From the human T2T-CHM13v2.0 reference genome, Homo sapiens, in the NCBI RefSeq assembly GCF_009914755.1, contig NC_060940.1: a stretch of 64,000 bases of DNA; one strand, 5' to 3'. How positions within the stretch are numbered: position 1 is the first letter of the stretch; every line of letters starts with the position of its first letter. Under the pieces are notes generated by a model. It saw only the letters and a program-made list of their open reading frames with translations. It was not told where the DNA came from and searched no databases. Below are positions 1 through 29,214 of the stretch, one piece after another. The translations under genes were made by a program, and so were the position numbers.

Positions 1-654
1 GGTGGTGATGGCTTTGCACCGTGTGAATCTAATACCAGAGAACTGCACACTCAAAAATGGTACAAATGGTCAATTTTATACTGCTGGGCTCAGGGAATCC
101 TTCCCCTCAGCCTCCTGAGGAGCTGGGACCACAGGCACCTGCCACCACGCCTGGCTAACTTTTGTATTTTTTGTAGAAACAGGGTATCTTCATTTGCCCA
201 GGCTGGTCTCAAACGCCTGTGCTCACGTTATCTGCTTCCCTCGGCCTCCGAAAGTGCTGAGACTACAGGCGTGAGCCACCACACCCCACTTAATAATTCC
301 ATTTTAATACCGATTTACTAAACAAGGAAAAGCTCATAGAATTACTAACTATGCCATCTTATTTAGGCTACCTAAATTCTCTGAACTTCATCTTCTAAAT
401 AAATAAGAAGAAATGTATCTTTTAACACTAATAACTATGGTCATTCCCATTAAAACATTAAGTTTTGAAAACTAGGGTTCTCATTTAAGCCTGTCTCACA
501 GCAGCTCAGCTCTCAGAATGTTCAGAAGACTCTGACACTGCCCTCTCCCCTCCTCTGGCACTCATTTTGGAAACCTGCAGAGCATCTATTGAAAAAGCCC
601 ATCCCAGCATCTTCTTAATCACTGGTATACTTCCGTCTGTCACGAGCTTCATTT

Positions 655-2356
655 AAAAAAAGCGTCACGCTCCCTCTCCCTCCCCCTCTCCCTCTCCCCC
701 TCTCCCTCTCCCTCTCTCCCTCTCCCTCTCCCCATGGTCTCCCTCTCCCTCTCTTTCCACGGTCTCCCTCTCATGCTGAGTCGAAGCTGGACTGTACTGC
801 TGCCATCTCGGCTCACTGCAACCCCCCTGCCTGATTCTCCTGACTCAGCCTGCCGAGTGCCTGCGATTGCAGGCTCACGCCGCCACGCCTGACTGGTTTT
901 GGTGGAGACGGGGTTTCGCTGTGTTGGCCAGGCCGGTCTCCAGCCCCTAACCGCAAGTGATCCGCCAGCCTCGGCCTCCCGAGGTGCCGGGATTGCAGAC
1001 GGAGTCTCGTTCACTCAGTGCTCAATGGTGCCCAGGCTGGAGTGCAGTGGCATGATCTCGGCTCGCTACAACCTCCACCTCCCAGCCGCCTGCCTTGGCC
1101 TCCCAAACTGCCGAGACTGCAACCTCTGCCCGGCCGCCACCCCGTCTGGGAAGTGAGGAGCGTCTCTGCCTGGCCGCCCATCATCTGGGATGTGAGGAGC
1201 CCCTCTGCCTGGCTGCCCAGTCTGGAAAGTGAGGAGCGTCTCCGCCCAGCCGCCATCCCACTTAGGAAGTGAGGAGCACCTCTTCCCGGCCGCCATCACA
1301 TCTAGGAAGTGAGGAGCGTCTCTGCCCGGCCGCCCATCGTCTGAGATGTGGGGAGCGCCTCTGCCCCGCCGCCCCGTCTGGGATGTGAGGAGCACCTCTG
1401 CCCGGCCACCCCGTCTGACAAGTGAGAAGACCCTCTGCCCGGCAACCACCCCGTCTGAGAAGTGAGGAGCCCCTCCGCCCGGCAGCCACCCCGTCTGGGA
1501 AGTGAGGAGCGTCTCCGCCCAGCAGCCGCCCCATCCGGGAGGGAGGTGAGGGGGTCAGCCCCCCGCCCAGCTGCCCCGTCCGGGAGGGAGGTGGAGGTGG
1601 GGGGGGTCAGCCCCCCCGCCAGGCCAGCCGCCCCGTCCGGGAGGGAGGTGGGGGGGTCAGCCCCCCGCCAGGCCAGCCGCCCCATCCGGGAGGGAGGTGG
1701 GGGGGTCAGCCCCCCCGCCCGGCCAGCCGCCCCGCCCGGGAGGTGAGGGGCGCCTCTGCCCGGCCGCCCCTACTGGGAAGTGAGGAGCCCCTCTGCCCGG
1801 CCACCACCCCGTCTGGGAGGTGTGCCCAACAGCTCATTGAGAACGGGCCATGATGACAGTGGCGGTTTTGTGGAATAGAAAGCGGGGAAAGGTGGGGAAA
1901 AGATTGAGAAATCGGATGGTTGCCGTGTCTGTGTAGAAAGAAGTAGACATGGGAGACTTTTCATTTTGTTCTGTACTAAGAAAACTTCTGCCTTGGGATC
2001 CTGTTGATCTGTGACCTTGCCCCCAACCCTGTGCTCTCTGAAACATGTGCTGTGTCCACTCAGGGTTAAATGGATTAAGGGCGGTGCAAGATGTGCTTTG
2101 TTAAACAGACGGTTGAAGGCAGCATACTCGTTAAGAGTCATCACCACTCCCTAATCTCAAGTACCCAGGGACACAAACACTGCGGAAGGCCGCAGGGTCC
2201 TCTGCCTAGGAAAACCAGAGACCTTTGTTCACTTGTTTATTTGCTGACCTTCCCTCCACTATTGTCCTATGACCCTGCCAAATCCCCCTCTATGAGAAAC
2301 ACCCAAGAATTATCAATAAAAAATAAATAAATTAAAAAAAAAAAAAGCCTCACACT
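655..2356 (+). mobile_element. Full-length SVA retrotransposon (probably D-F class), antisense to ANKRD11
   Basis: (CCCTCT)n hexamers ~671-755; Alu-like domain to ~1130; GC-rich VNTR ~1130-1820; SINE-R ~1820-2320; AATAAA and poly(A) to 2346; imperfect TSD A7GCGTCACGCT (655-671) / A7GCCTCACACT (2340-2356). Confidence 0.97.
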
Positions 2357-2607
2357 GGATAAGTGTTTTTCAATAATTTCAACGTAGTATTCCACAGCAA
2401 ATTGTCTAGTTCACATTTAATTCAAAATTAATTCCCTACGTTACCACACAAGCAATAGACTGTTAAGTTTAATGCTCCCATGGCTTTCTACTTATGCAAA
2501 AAATTAACTTCTTCAAAACACCTATGGTGGAAGTTCTTCCTGTTCAGACTGCAATTCTATTTACAAAAAACAATAGTACTGTAGTACTATTAGACCACAA
2601 CGCTAAC

Positions 2608-3308
<701 letters not shown>

Positions 3309-3583
3309 ATCTGTAACAGCACTGGAAAACAGAAGAATGACATGTCAATAGTTGACCAGAATTAAGCACCTAAATTAACAGAAAGTAAATGAAATCAGAC
3401 AAATAACTTAAGTTTAGAGAAAACAGAGACCAAACTCTACAGAAGGAAGAAGCCGCAGAGATCAAACTCTACAGAAAGTCAGGACCACTGCAGAGGAAAA
3501 GCAAGCTTCAAGGATGAAAAACCAATAAAGCTACACAGTTCCAAGTTCATCTACTATGATTACTATGATGGGGAAACCACCTG

Positions 3584-3858
3584 GGGGTCAGGGGCCGAAT
3601 CTGGCCCAATGTCTTTTTTAGACAGTCCACAGGCTAAGAATGAGGTTTATATTTATACCTGGTTGAAAAAGAAAATAACATTTTGTGGTAAGTGAAAATT
3701 ATATGAAATTCTAATTTCAGTGTTAGTAATAGTTGTAACTGGAAAACAGCCAGGCTCGTTTTAAGTGTGGCCCCGGTTCCTTCCATGATACAACAGCAGA
3801 GCTGAAGAGCTGTCAGAGAACATGCGGCCACAAGGTCTAACTGGCCCTTGACAGAAAA
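3584..3858. mobile_element. MER58B-like hAT-Charlie DNA transposon fossil, within old L1M-like sequence
   Basis: Resembles MER58 consensus segments (GGGCCGAATCTGGCCC, GCTAAGAATG, TATATGAAATTC, CTGGCCCTTGACAGAAAA). Confidence 0.65.
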
Positions 3859-4352
3859 ACTGAGATGGAGTTAAAAAGACAAGTCTGCATATTAAAAGAG
3901 CTTCAAGATGCTAACCAATATAAAAAAGTCACAATCTAAACCCTAAAAATAGCAAAATGTCAGACTCCCACATATCAACAGAAAATCCTACAAGTTTCCA
4001 CAAAATCCTAAAAAGCTTAACTAAAAAAGAATCATGAATTAGACTGGCGTTGGACTTCTCTCATCTTTACAGCAGAGGCCACGACAGAGAACAGGGGCAG
4101 CACACTCTTGCCGTGAAGAGCAGACAGTCCATCGAGGCCTTTCTGTGCCACACCGCCCGCCCGCACACATCCGCGGAAAGCCTGCTTTCAGCTGCTCAGC
4201 AGGTGGGAACACTTGCTCCTCCAGCATTCCACCATGAGACAAAGGAAAAAGTCGCTTCTGTGTGTCCACCAGCACACGACTCCCATGTACTCCTGCACGT
4301 CACGTGGACGAGCTAAAGAAGACTCCTCTGCTCCACAGCCACCATCACACTT

Positions 4353-4659
4353 TCTTGTTTTTGTTATTTTTTGAGACGGAGTCGGAGTCTCGCTCTGTCG
4401 CCCAGGCTGGAGTGCAGTGACACGATCTCAGCTAACTGCAAGCTCCACCTCCTGAGTTCACGCCATTCTCCTGCCTCAGCCTCCCGAGTAGCTGGGACTG
4501 CAGGCGCCCGCCACCATGCCCGGCTAATTTTTTGTATTTTTAGTAGAGATGGGGTTTCACCGTGTTAGCCAGGATGGTCTTGATCTCCTGACCTCATGAT
4601 CTGCCCGCCTCGGCCTCCCAAAGTGCTGGAATTACAGGCGTGAGCCACCGCGCCTGGCC
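4353..4659 (-). mobile_element. AluY
   Basis: GCAAGCTCC and GTTCACGCCATTC diagnostics; TSD CACCATCACACTTTCT on both sides. Confidence 0.93.
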
Positions 4660-4914
4660 ACCATCACACTTTCTAAAAGGTCAGGGTGCCAATCACAACA
4701 GGGACCAGTAAAAGGAGATTGTGTCATAAACTCAACAAGCTGCCCAGAAAAAGATGCTGGCAGAACCTGCTGCACTGGCCGTGGGCTCAGGCACACCAGG
4801 TAAACACCAGAGCGCATGCAGCCCACCCCCTACAAGCAACGAGCCCCCACCTGCTGACAGTTCAATTCTCTGAAGAAGAAATGATGATCTTATTTATCTA
4901 AAACCCAAAAGACT

Positions 4915-5150
4915 TAATTCTCATTTATGGGAAACATTCACAATAGGCAAATCCAGAGAGATAGAAAAGAGAGTACCAGTTGTCAGGGAAAGGGGGAAGG
5001 GGGACAAGGACTGATGACACAGGGGACCGCATGAGGATGGAAACTTGCTGGAATGTGACAGTGGTGATGGGTGCACAATATAATGAATATACTAAAAATC
5101 ACTAAACTGTGAGCTGTAAATGGTAAATTTTGTATTCTGTGAACCAGATC
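4915..5150 (+). mobile_element. Old L1M (MB/ME-type) 3' fragment
   Basis: AATAGGCAAATCCAGAGAGATAGAAA...GTGGTGATGGGTGCACAA...TACTAAAAATCACT matches L1M 3' UTR motifs; a similar fragment lies at 1-80. Confidence 0.65.
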
Positions 5151-5429
5151 TCGTTCATTTTTCAAAAGAAAGTCATCACCCAACGGGGTAAAATTCCTAA
5201 TGCCTGGCATCCAACAAAATCACTAGGCAAAGAAGGAAAAAATACAAGCCTCAGAAAACGACGATTAGTGCTCAAAAAAACACAAATACAAACCATAATG
5301 AGGTTAAAAGAAATAAACCAACATAGAATTGAAACAGGTGTTAAAATTAGTAGACAAAGACATTAAAAGCTGTTGAACTGTATTCCACATGTTCGACATG
5401 GAAAATATAAAAAAGACAACTCGGTAGCA

Positions 5430-5760
5430 GCAAACAAAAGATGCAAAGAGCCAAGTGTGGGCGGCAGGGGCCCTCCCGCAACTCGGGCATGTTCGAGAGT
5501 TTTTAGAGCTCCATCTTCAGCTCCTGCTCCCTTCCCTGGAGGTCAGTGGCCGGAGATGAAAGCCCTAGCCCTCTAATAATCATCTGGTCTTCCTGGTGAC
5601 CACCCCTACCCTGTCAGTTCATTAGCTTAAACTCTGGTGTGATCTGAAAGGAGCTAGTTATGAATAACAAATGACATCCTATCATATAAGAAATTCCAAT
5701 GGTTGCAGGAACTCTGTGCCAGGAGTGAGAAGGCGCAGGGAGAAAAAGACCACATAATCT
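5430..5760. mobile_element. MER21-like LTR fragment
   Basis: CTCCCTTCCCTGGAGGTCAG...GGTCTTCCTGGTGACCA...GAATAACAAATGACA...GAAATTCCAA...CTGTGCCAGGA resembles MER21. Confidence 0.55.
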
Positions 5761-5799
5761 TTTATTGACCAAAGTTGCCAAACCCACAAGCTGCAATCA

Positions 5800-10468
<4,669 letters not shown>

Positions 10469-11184
10469 TCATTTACCACCCAAATCAACTCACATACAAC
10501 TCACAGCAAAGAGGAAACAGGAAAACATGTACCTTAAGTCCTTACTCCCCCAGTTACCAGGTCCTGAACATCAGGGACAATGGCTATGACCCTCGAGGCA
10601 TGCAGCCCTGCCAAACATCACATGCTCATTTTATCTCCAGACACATCTCCTAGAATAAAATGGGAAGCTGTTGTACCCATCCTTGACCCTCAGGTGACTA
10701 CTTTTAAAGGTGCTCTCCACCGGGCAGAAAGAGCATCAGGATCAGGGCAGAAACCTAATTCCGACCAAGCTTTAGGGTTCCGAGTCTGAGAGCAACTTCC
10801 CATCCTTTTTCTGAGACTGAAGCTGCTGTCAACACTGCCCAATAAACACTCGCAGGACACAGCTAAGGAAGACAGAAAAGTGAGAGGCAAATGGGGATGC
10901 TGACTTTGCATCTTCATGTTCCAACCTGAGTATCACCTGTGCTTTTGTGTTTGTGTGGATCTGTAGGGACGGTACCAAGATCTCTAAGTCAGGTGCAATA
11001 TTAGGAGATCTGCACATTTACTAAGGGGAAGGGGAAGGGAGAAAACAAACCGTCTCAGACTCAACAATAAACCTAGGAATGAAAAGATCCAAAGCAAAGG
11101 AGCAGCAAGGCTGGAAAAGCTCCGGCGGCAGAGCAGGACCCGAGTCACCAGCACATCACACTCCTCTGACCCATTTATTGATTT

Positions 11185-20216
<9,032 letters not shown>

Positions 20217-20994
20217 AACCATTTAGGCACCATGGTGTTGCAAAGCCAGTGCTTTCATCTAGGCATCCACCGCCTGCAAACTCTGACACATCATCTTCTG
20301 CCTCAAAACAAGTAAGCAAATGAAATTCAGGTCTATCATTGCAAACCCTACACAACCCAACTCCAGTCATGCTTCCAGGTTAATCTGCTGTCATCTTCCA
20401 TCTTCTTGGATGGGCTTTCGTGTTCAGACACGTCTGGCTGACATTCTCACGTTACATGCGGCCTTCCCAGCCTTTGTCCCCAGCCTTCCCGAAGTCGAAG
20501 ATGCCCTTACTCTGATTTCTGCAGTGACATTCTACTGATTCTTTTTTTAAAACAGAAACATAGCTTACAGTTAAAAAAAAAAAAAATAGCACTTCTTCCC
20601 TTAAATCTCCCAGGTCACAGAGCCTTTCCCTCCTCTGATCTATGATCTCTCTTTTCATAAGAACCAATATTTAATGCAAGCTTTAGTCAACTAAATGCAT
20701 CTTTCTCCCAGATCTCAGAACAGGAGGCCACAGCACTGCACCCAGTGAGCAGCCAATGAACATCTGTGAAGGAAATCAGTGAAACATCAGAAAAAGCAGA
20801 GTTTGTCTAGTTTCAGAAGTCCCTTCTATAAAACATGTAGCTCCTTCCAGCTAAAAGAAGACACAAAGCTGTTCTCCCACTGTAGAGCACACTGCACCCC
20901 ATTTGGAAAAGCAGTCAGGTGAGCCACACGTCAGCCACACCGTGCTTTACAAACATGCCAATGTGTGAACGGTCAGTCACAAAGACATAAAAAA

Positions 20995-21150
20995 AGATGA
21001 CTGCCCTCATCAAAACTGCCAAGGTCATGAAAAACAGGGAAACGCTGAGAAATGGTTGCAGACGAGATTAAGGAGACATGACAACTAAATGCAATGTGGG
21101 ATCCCGGATGGCATCTGAGGACAGCAAGGGAACATTACTGGAAAAACCTC
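20995..21150 (+). mobile_element. L1MC-like fragment
   Basis: AAAACTGCCAAGGTCATGAAAAACAGGGAAACGCTGAG...GGAGACATGACAACTAAATGCAATGTGGGATCC. Confidence 0.6.
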
Positions 21151-21159
21151 CAGCTTGCT

Positions 21160-21710
21160 CACCCCTGGAACCTGTGAATGCCTTAGGTTACGTGGAAAAG
21201 GGAACTGAGGTTACTAATCAGCAGAGAGGGAGATGACCTCGCAGTGCTCGGGTGGGCCCAATTTGTAACCACAAGGATCCAAAAGTGAAACAAGGGCCAG
21301 GCACAGTGGCTCCATGCCTGTAATTCCAGCACTGCTGGGGGGCTGAGGCGGGAGGATTGATTGAGCCCAGGAGGTCGACGCTGCAGTGAGCCTTGATTGT
21401 GCCACTGCACTCCAGCCTGGGCAACAGAGCCGAGACTCTCCAAAAAAGCGGGTGGGCAGCAGGAGTCAGAGAGATGCCATGAGGCTGGCTTTGAAGACTG
21501 AGGAAAGCACTACAGGCCGAATGCAGGCAGCCTCTGGAACACGGAAAAGACAAGAACACAGATTCTCCCCTGGAGCCTCCAGAAGGAACCAGCCCTACCT
21601 ACCCAGATTTTAGCCCAGGCAGATCATGTTAGGCTTCTAATCAACAGAACTATAAAACAATAAATCTAAGGTTATGGTGGTTAGTTACAGCAGCGCTGGA
21701 AAACCAACAC
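21160..21710 (+). mobile_element. MLT1D-like LTR interrupted by an Alu monomer (21295-21445)
   Basis: CCCCTGGAACCTGTGAATG...GCTGGCTTTGAAGA...ACAGATTCTCCCCTGGAGCCTCCAGAAGGAACCAGCCC...GTTACAGCAGC. Confidence 0.8.
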
Positions 21711-22198
21711 GGGCAGCACTGACACAAGTCCCAGCACTTCTCCAACGCCCAAGAGCTGTTCTCTGTCTCCCTTCCACACCCTCCATTTGCCTTCACTCAT
21801 CCCCCTGAACCAATATATTTATGGGCTTAGAAGAAAGCTATTAAGGAAAAGGCACAGATTAAGTTCTAAGACAGATTTTCTCCTCAACTCTCTAAAACTT
21901 CACCGTACCATTAGCTTCTACTAAATGTCCTTTTTTACAAGAGTCAGTTTCAACATCATCTTCTTTTAAAAGCCAGTCATCTGGTGAGAACCCAAGTTTA
22001 GCAGAATCAGATCTAAAGACTTTGCCAAAGAAAAATCAAGCATGAATGTAAATCTCATTGAATATGCTTAACATTTTACCTGAACTGTAAGTGCAAGCGT
22101 GCATCACTTTTCTGAGTTTCACACTAAAAGATAAAGGATACAATTCAAAGATACCTCTCGCATGTGTCAGGGGAAAAATGCCTGTGAGAAAATGTTTA

Positions 22199-26576
<4,378 letters not shown>

Positions 26577-27860
26577 TCATCAACAGCCCATCTGGGAGGG
26601 TGTGATGGCACTGCTGGTATGGGGTGCCCAGCATGGCCAGTCCGGAGAAAAGCATCTGGCGGTGGCAATGCAAGTCAGAAGGCTGACGCAAATGAGAGCT
26701 GCAAAAGAGGAACTCAGGTTTTAAAGGTGACACCTTTAAAAACAAAATTCTGGTAAATTGTGTTATGTATATTTTACTACAGCAAAAATAGAACAGAAGA
26801 AAAAAACTGCTGAAAGTTTCAAGTTTAGGTCAAATTTAGCACTATCTTGTGGGGAACTTTTCAACAAACTTAAGAGGCATCACGAAGAACAGAGAAAACG
26901 TCACAGCAACTTGGTCTTTGTTCCCTCCCATCCAGTTCCATTCAGATGGCCAGCCTATCGAAGGAGATCCTGCTCTTCGGGGAGAAACTACAGAAAGAGG
27001 AGAACAACAGCTGAATGGAGGGTAGGGGAGGCCACACCAACTATACGAGATCCAATGCAAGGGTCACAATGAAGGCTGAGCAAGACATCCGCCCCCCCCC
27101 CTTTTTTTCTAGTTTAACTACAGTTGCAGAGTAAAATCAGAGGACTTCTGTAATCATTCTCTAACAGAACTCGAAGTCTTCCAGGGCAGCCAATACTTAC
27201 TAAGAGAAATCAAGGTCTCAGAGAAACCAAAGAAACAGCCTCAGGGTCTCCGATTTTGAACGTTATGCCATAGACTAGGTCTGCACACAACAAAAACAGT
27301 AACTGTTTCGATGGCACTTTTTCCACAGGTAATATCATCTTGTATGTTTGGCTAAGTCTCAACATCCCAAAAAGGATCAAAAGATTCTCTAAGTTTTGCA
27401 GTTCAACAACTGTGCACACTTTTATTTCTCATTTCAAGTGTTAAGGATATTGCTCTAATGACTGCATAAAACTCTCTCCTCATGTAAGAAAGCCTGAAAT
27501 CTAATTTCTCTACCATAAAACCCTGTTCTTGCAAAAGGATACAAAACTACTCATAATCTACAAAAACGATGAATCCTAAGCATGTTACATAGAAGGAAAA
27601 CAGTTTCAAAGCATAGGGAGCTGTTAGACCAGCTTCATCTTCCCAAGCCTCTTCCAAAACTTCTTGGAAGCTGATATATAACACTAACCTTCCAAAAACA
27701 CAACAGAAGCAGAAAATCTTAATGGGGCACCAGGAAAAGAGCAAGCCTCGAGAAAAATCAAGACTCCCCCCGACCAACCTTCCCAAATAACACAAACACA
27801 AGAGTTAACAGTACAATCCCTCTTTGAGAGGGGACTGAATCAATGTGGCAGGGCCAACCC

Positions 27861-27862
27861 TA

Positions 27863-27893
<31 letters not shown>

Positions 27894-27920
27894 GCGCGCA
27901 CACACATACACCACACACAC
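27861..27920. repeat. Compound microsatellite (AC)n(CG)10(CA)n
   Basis: Perfect purine-pyrimidine alternation at 27861-27911, with (CG)10 at 27879-27898. Confidence 0.97.
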
Positions 27921-28379
27921 AGCTACCGCCCTGCCAGGGGATGATGAAATGAGGAACGGAAATTAACATTTCAGGCAACGTCTCACATTGTTCCTTGAGG
28001 CCAAGGGCTGCTGTTGCAGCCGCCACCGCCACCGCTTTCCTCCCAGCCACCCCCCACACCCGCCCGCCTACCCTCCCCCTAACACCCCCCACACGGCTGC
28101 CCGCATTCCTGCCCCTCCTCGGCCTACGCGCGCCTCCTGCAACCCCGACGCCCCCAGGTCCCCAGTTCGCCCTCCCCCTCCGGCTCGGAGCCCGAGAGCC
28201 GCCTGCTCTCATTTCAAAACAGCGATAATAATAGGGACGCTGAGAATAACAACTACGACCAGCACGGCGAAGGCGCCCCTCTCGCGGGTCAGAGGTCGGC
28301 GCCCCAGCTCCGCAGAACCCGGCGCCCGGCCAGCGCCCCCTGGCAGCCCCTCCCGGCAGCCTCAGGTCCCCAAGACCTG

Positions 28380-28790
28380 CAGGCCCGCCCCGAAGCCCCC
28401 CGTCCGCCCCTCACGGCCGCTCCGAGCCCCCGAGGCCCGCCCCGGAGCCCCCTGTCCGCCTCTCACGGCCGCCCCGGGCCCCCACGGCCCCCAGGCCCGC
28501 CCCGGAGCCCCCAATCGGCCCCTCAGAGCCGCCGCGGGCCCCCGGCCACCCAGGCCCGCCCGGAGCCCCCGTCCGCCCCTTACGGCCGACCCAAGCTCCG
28601 CCGACCTCCCAGGCCCCCCCCGGAGCCCCCTATGGGCCCCTCACGGCCACCCCGGGCCCCCAAAGACCCCCGGCTGCCCCGAACCCGGACCCGTAGGCCC
28701 GCTCCGGGACCCATTATTGGTCCCTCACGATCGCCCCGGGCCCCCAAAGACCCCCGCCCACCCGGCCCCGACCCCCCAGGCCCGCCCGGA
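28380..28790. repeat. Degenerate GC-rich tandem repeat, ~55-60 bp unit (some longer), ~6-7 copies
   Basis: Recurring AGGCCCGCCCCGGAGCCCCC...CCCCTCACGGCC starting at ~28381, 28433, 28493, 28552, 28611, 28695 and 28778. Confidence 0.8.
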
Positions 28791-28897
28791 GGCCCGCGGC
28801 GCAGCTCCGTCGCCGGGGAAGGCCTGCAGGCCGCAAGGCCGCGCGAATGCCCCGTGCCCGCCCCGACCACCGCCCCCAGACCAGCGGCGCCTCTCAC

Positions 28898-29214
28898 CGT
28901 GCTCCGAGGGCTGCGCGGCTCCGCGACGGCTCAGCGGCGGGGCGCGGGCGCTGCCCATGCAGCCCGCGGCCGCGTTTCCCGGGCCGCGCGGCCCGAGCGG
29001 CAAGGCGGCGGCGGCGGCGGCGCGGGCTCGGGCCCGGCAGAGCTGCGAGGGACGGCGGGAGGCGAGCCCGCCCCTCGGGCGCGCCCACGGCTCGGGCGAG
29101 AGCCGCGGCTCCCGGTGCGGACGCTACTGATGGGGCGTCTGGCCGCGGGCTCGGCGGCGGCGCCTCCCCGGCTGGGGCCCTCGGTCCATCGCGCACCGTC
29201 TCAGGGCGGCCTCT
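28898..29214 (-). other. ANKRD11: Non-coding first exon (5' UTR) of ANKRD11; intron 1 continues beyond the left edge of the window
   Basis: Minus-strand donor ACG|GTGAGA (plus-strand ctctcac at 28891-28897); CpG island; sequence AGAGGCCGCCCTGAGACGGTGCGCGATGGACC matches my recollection of the ANKRD11 mRNA 5' end; position ~18 kb upstream of and divergent from SPG7 fits known synteny. TSS approximate. Confidence 0.85.
29004..29021. repeat. (GGC)6 trinucleotide run in the ANKRD11 5' UTR
   Basis: GGCGGCGGCGGCGGCGGC read directly. Confidence 0.9.

Noticed and set aside
649-2330. Many ORFs resembling 'uncharacterised human proteins'
   Set aside because: All derive from SVA domains.
27988-29130. 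380-aa Pro/Ala/Arg-rich ORF and other long overlapping ORFs at 27805-29952
   Set aside because: Stop-codon depletion in a very GC-rich CpG island and tandem repeat; non-ATG start; open in several frames on both strands; no domain.
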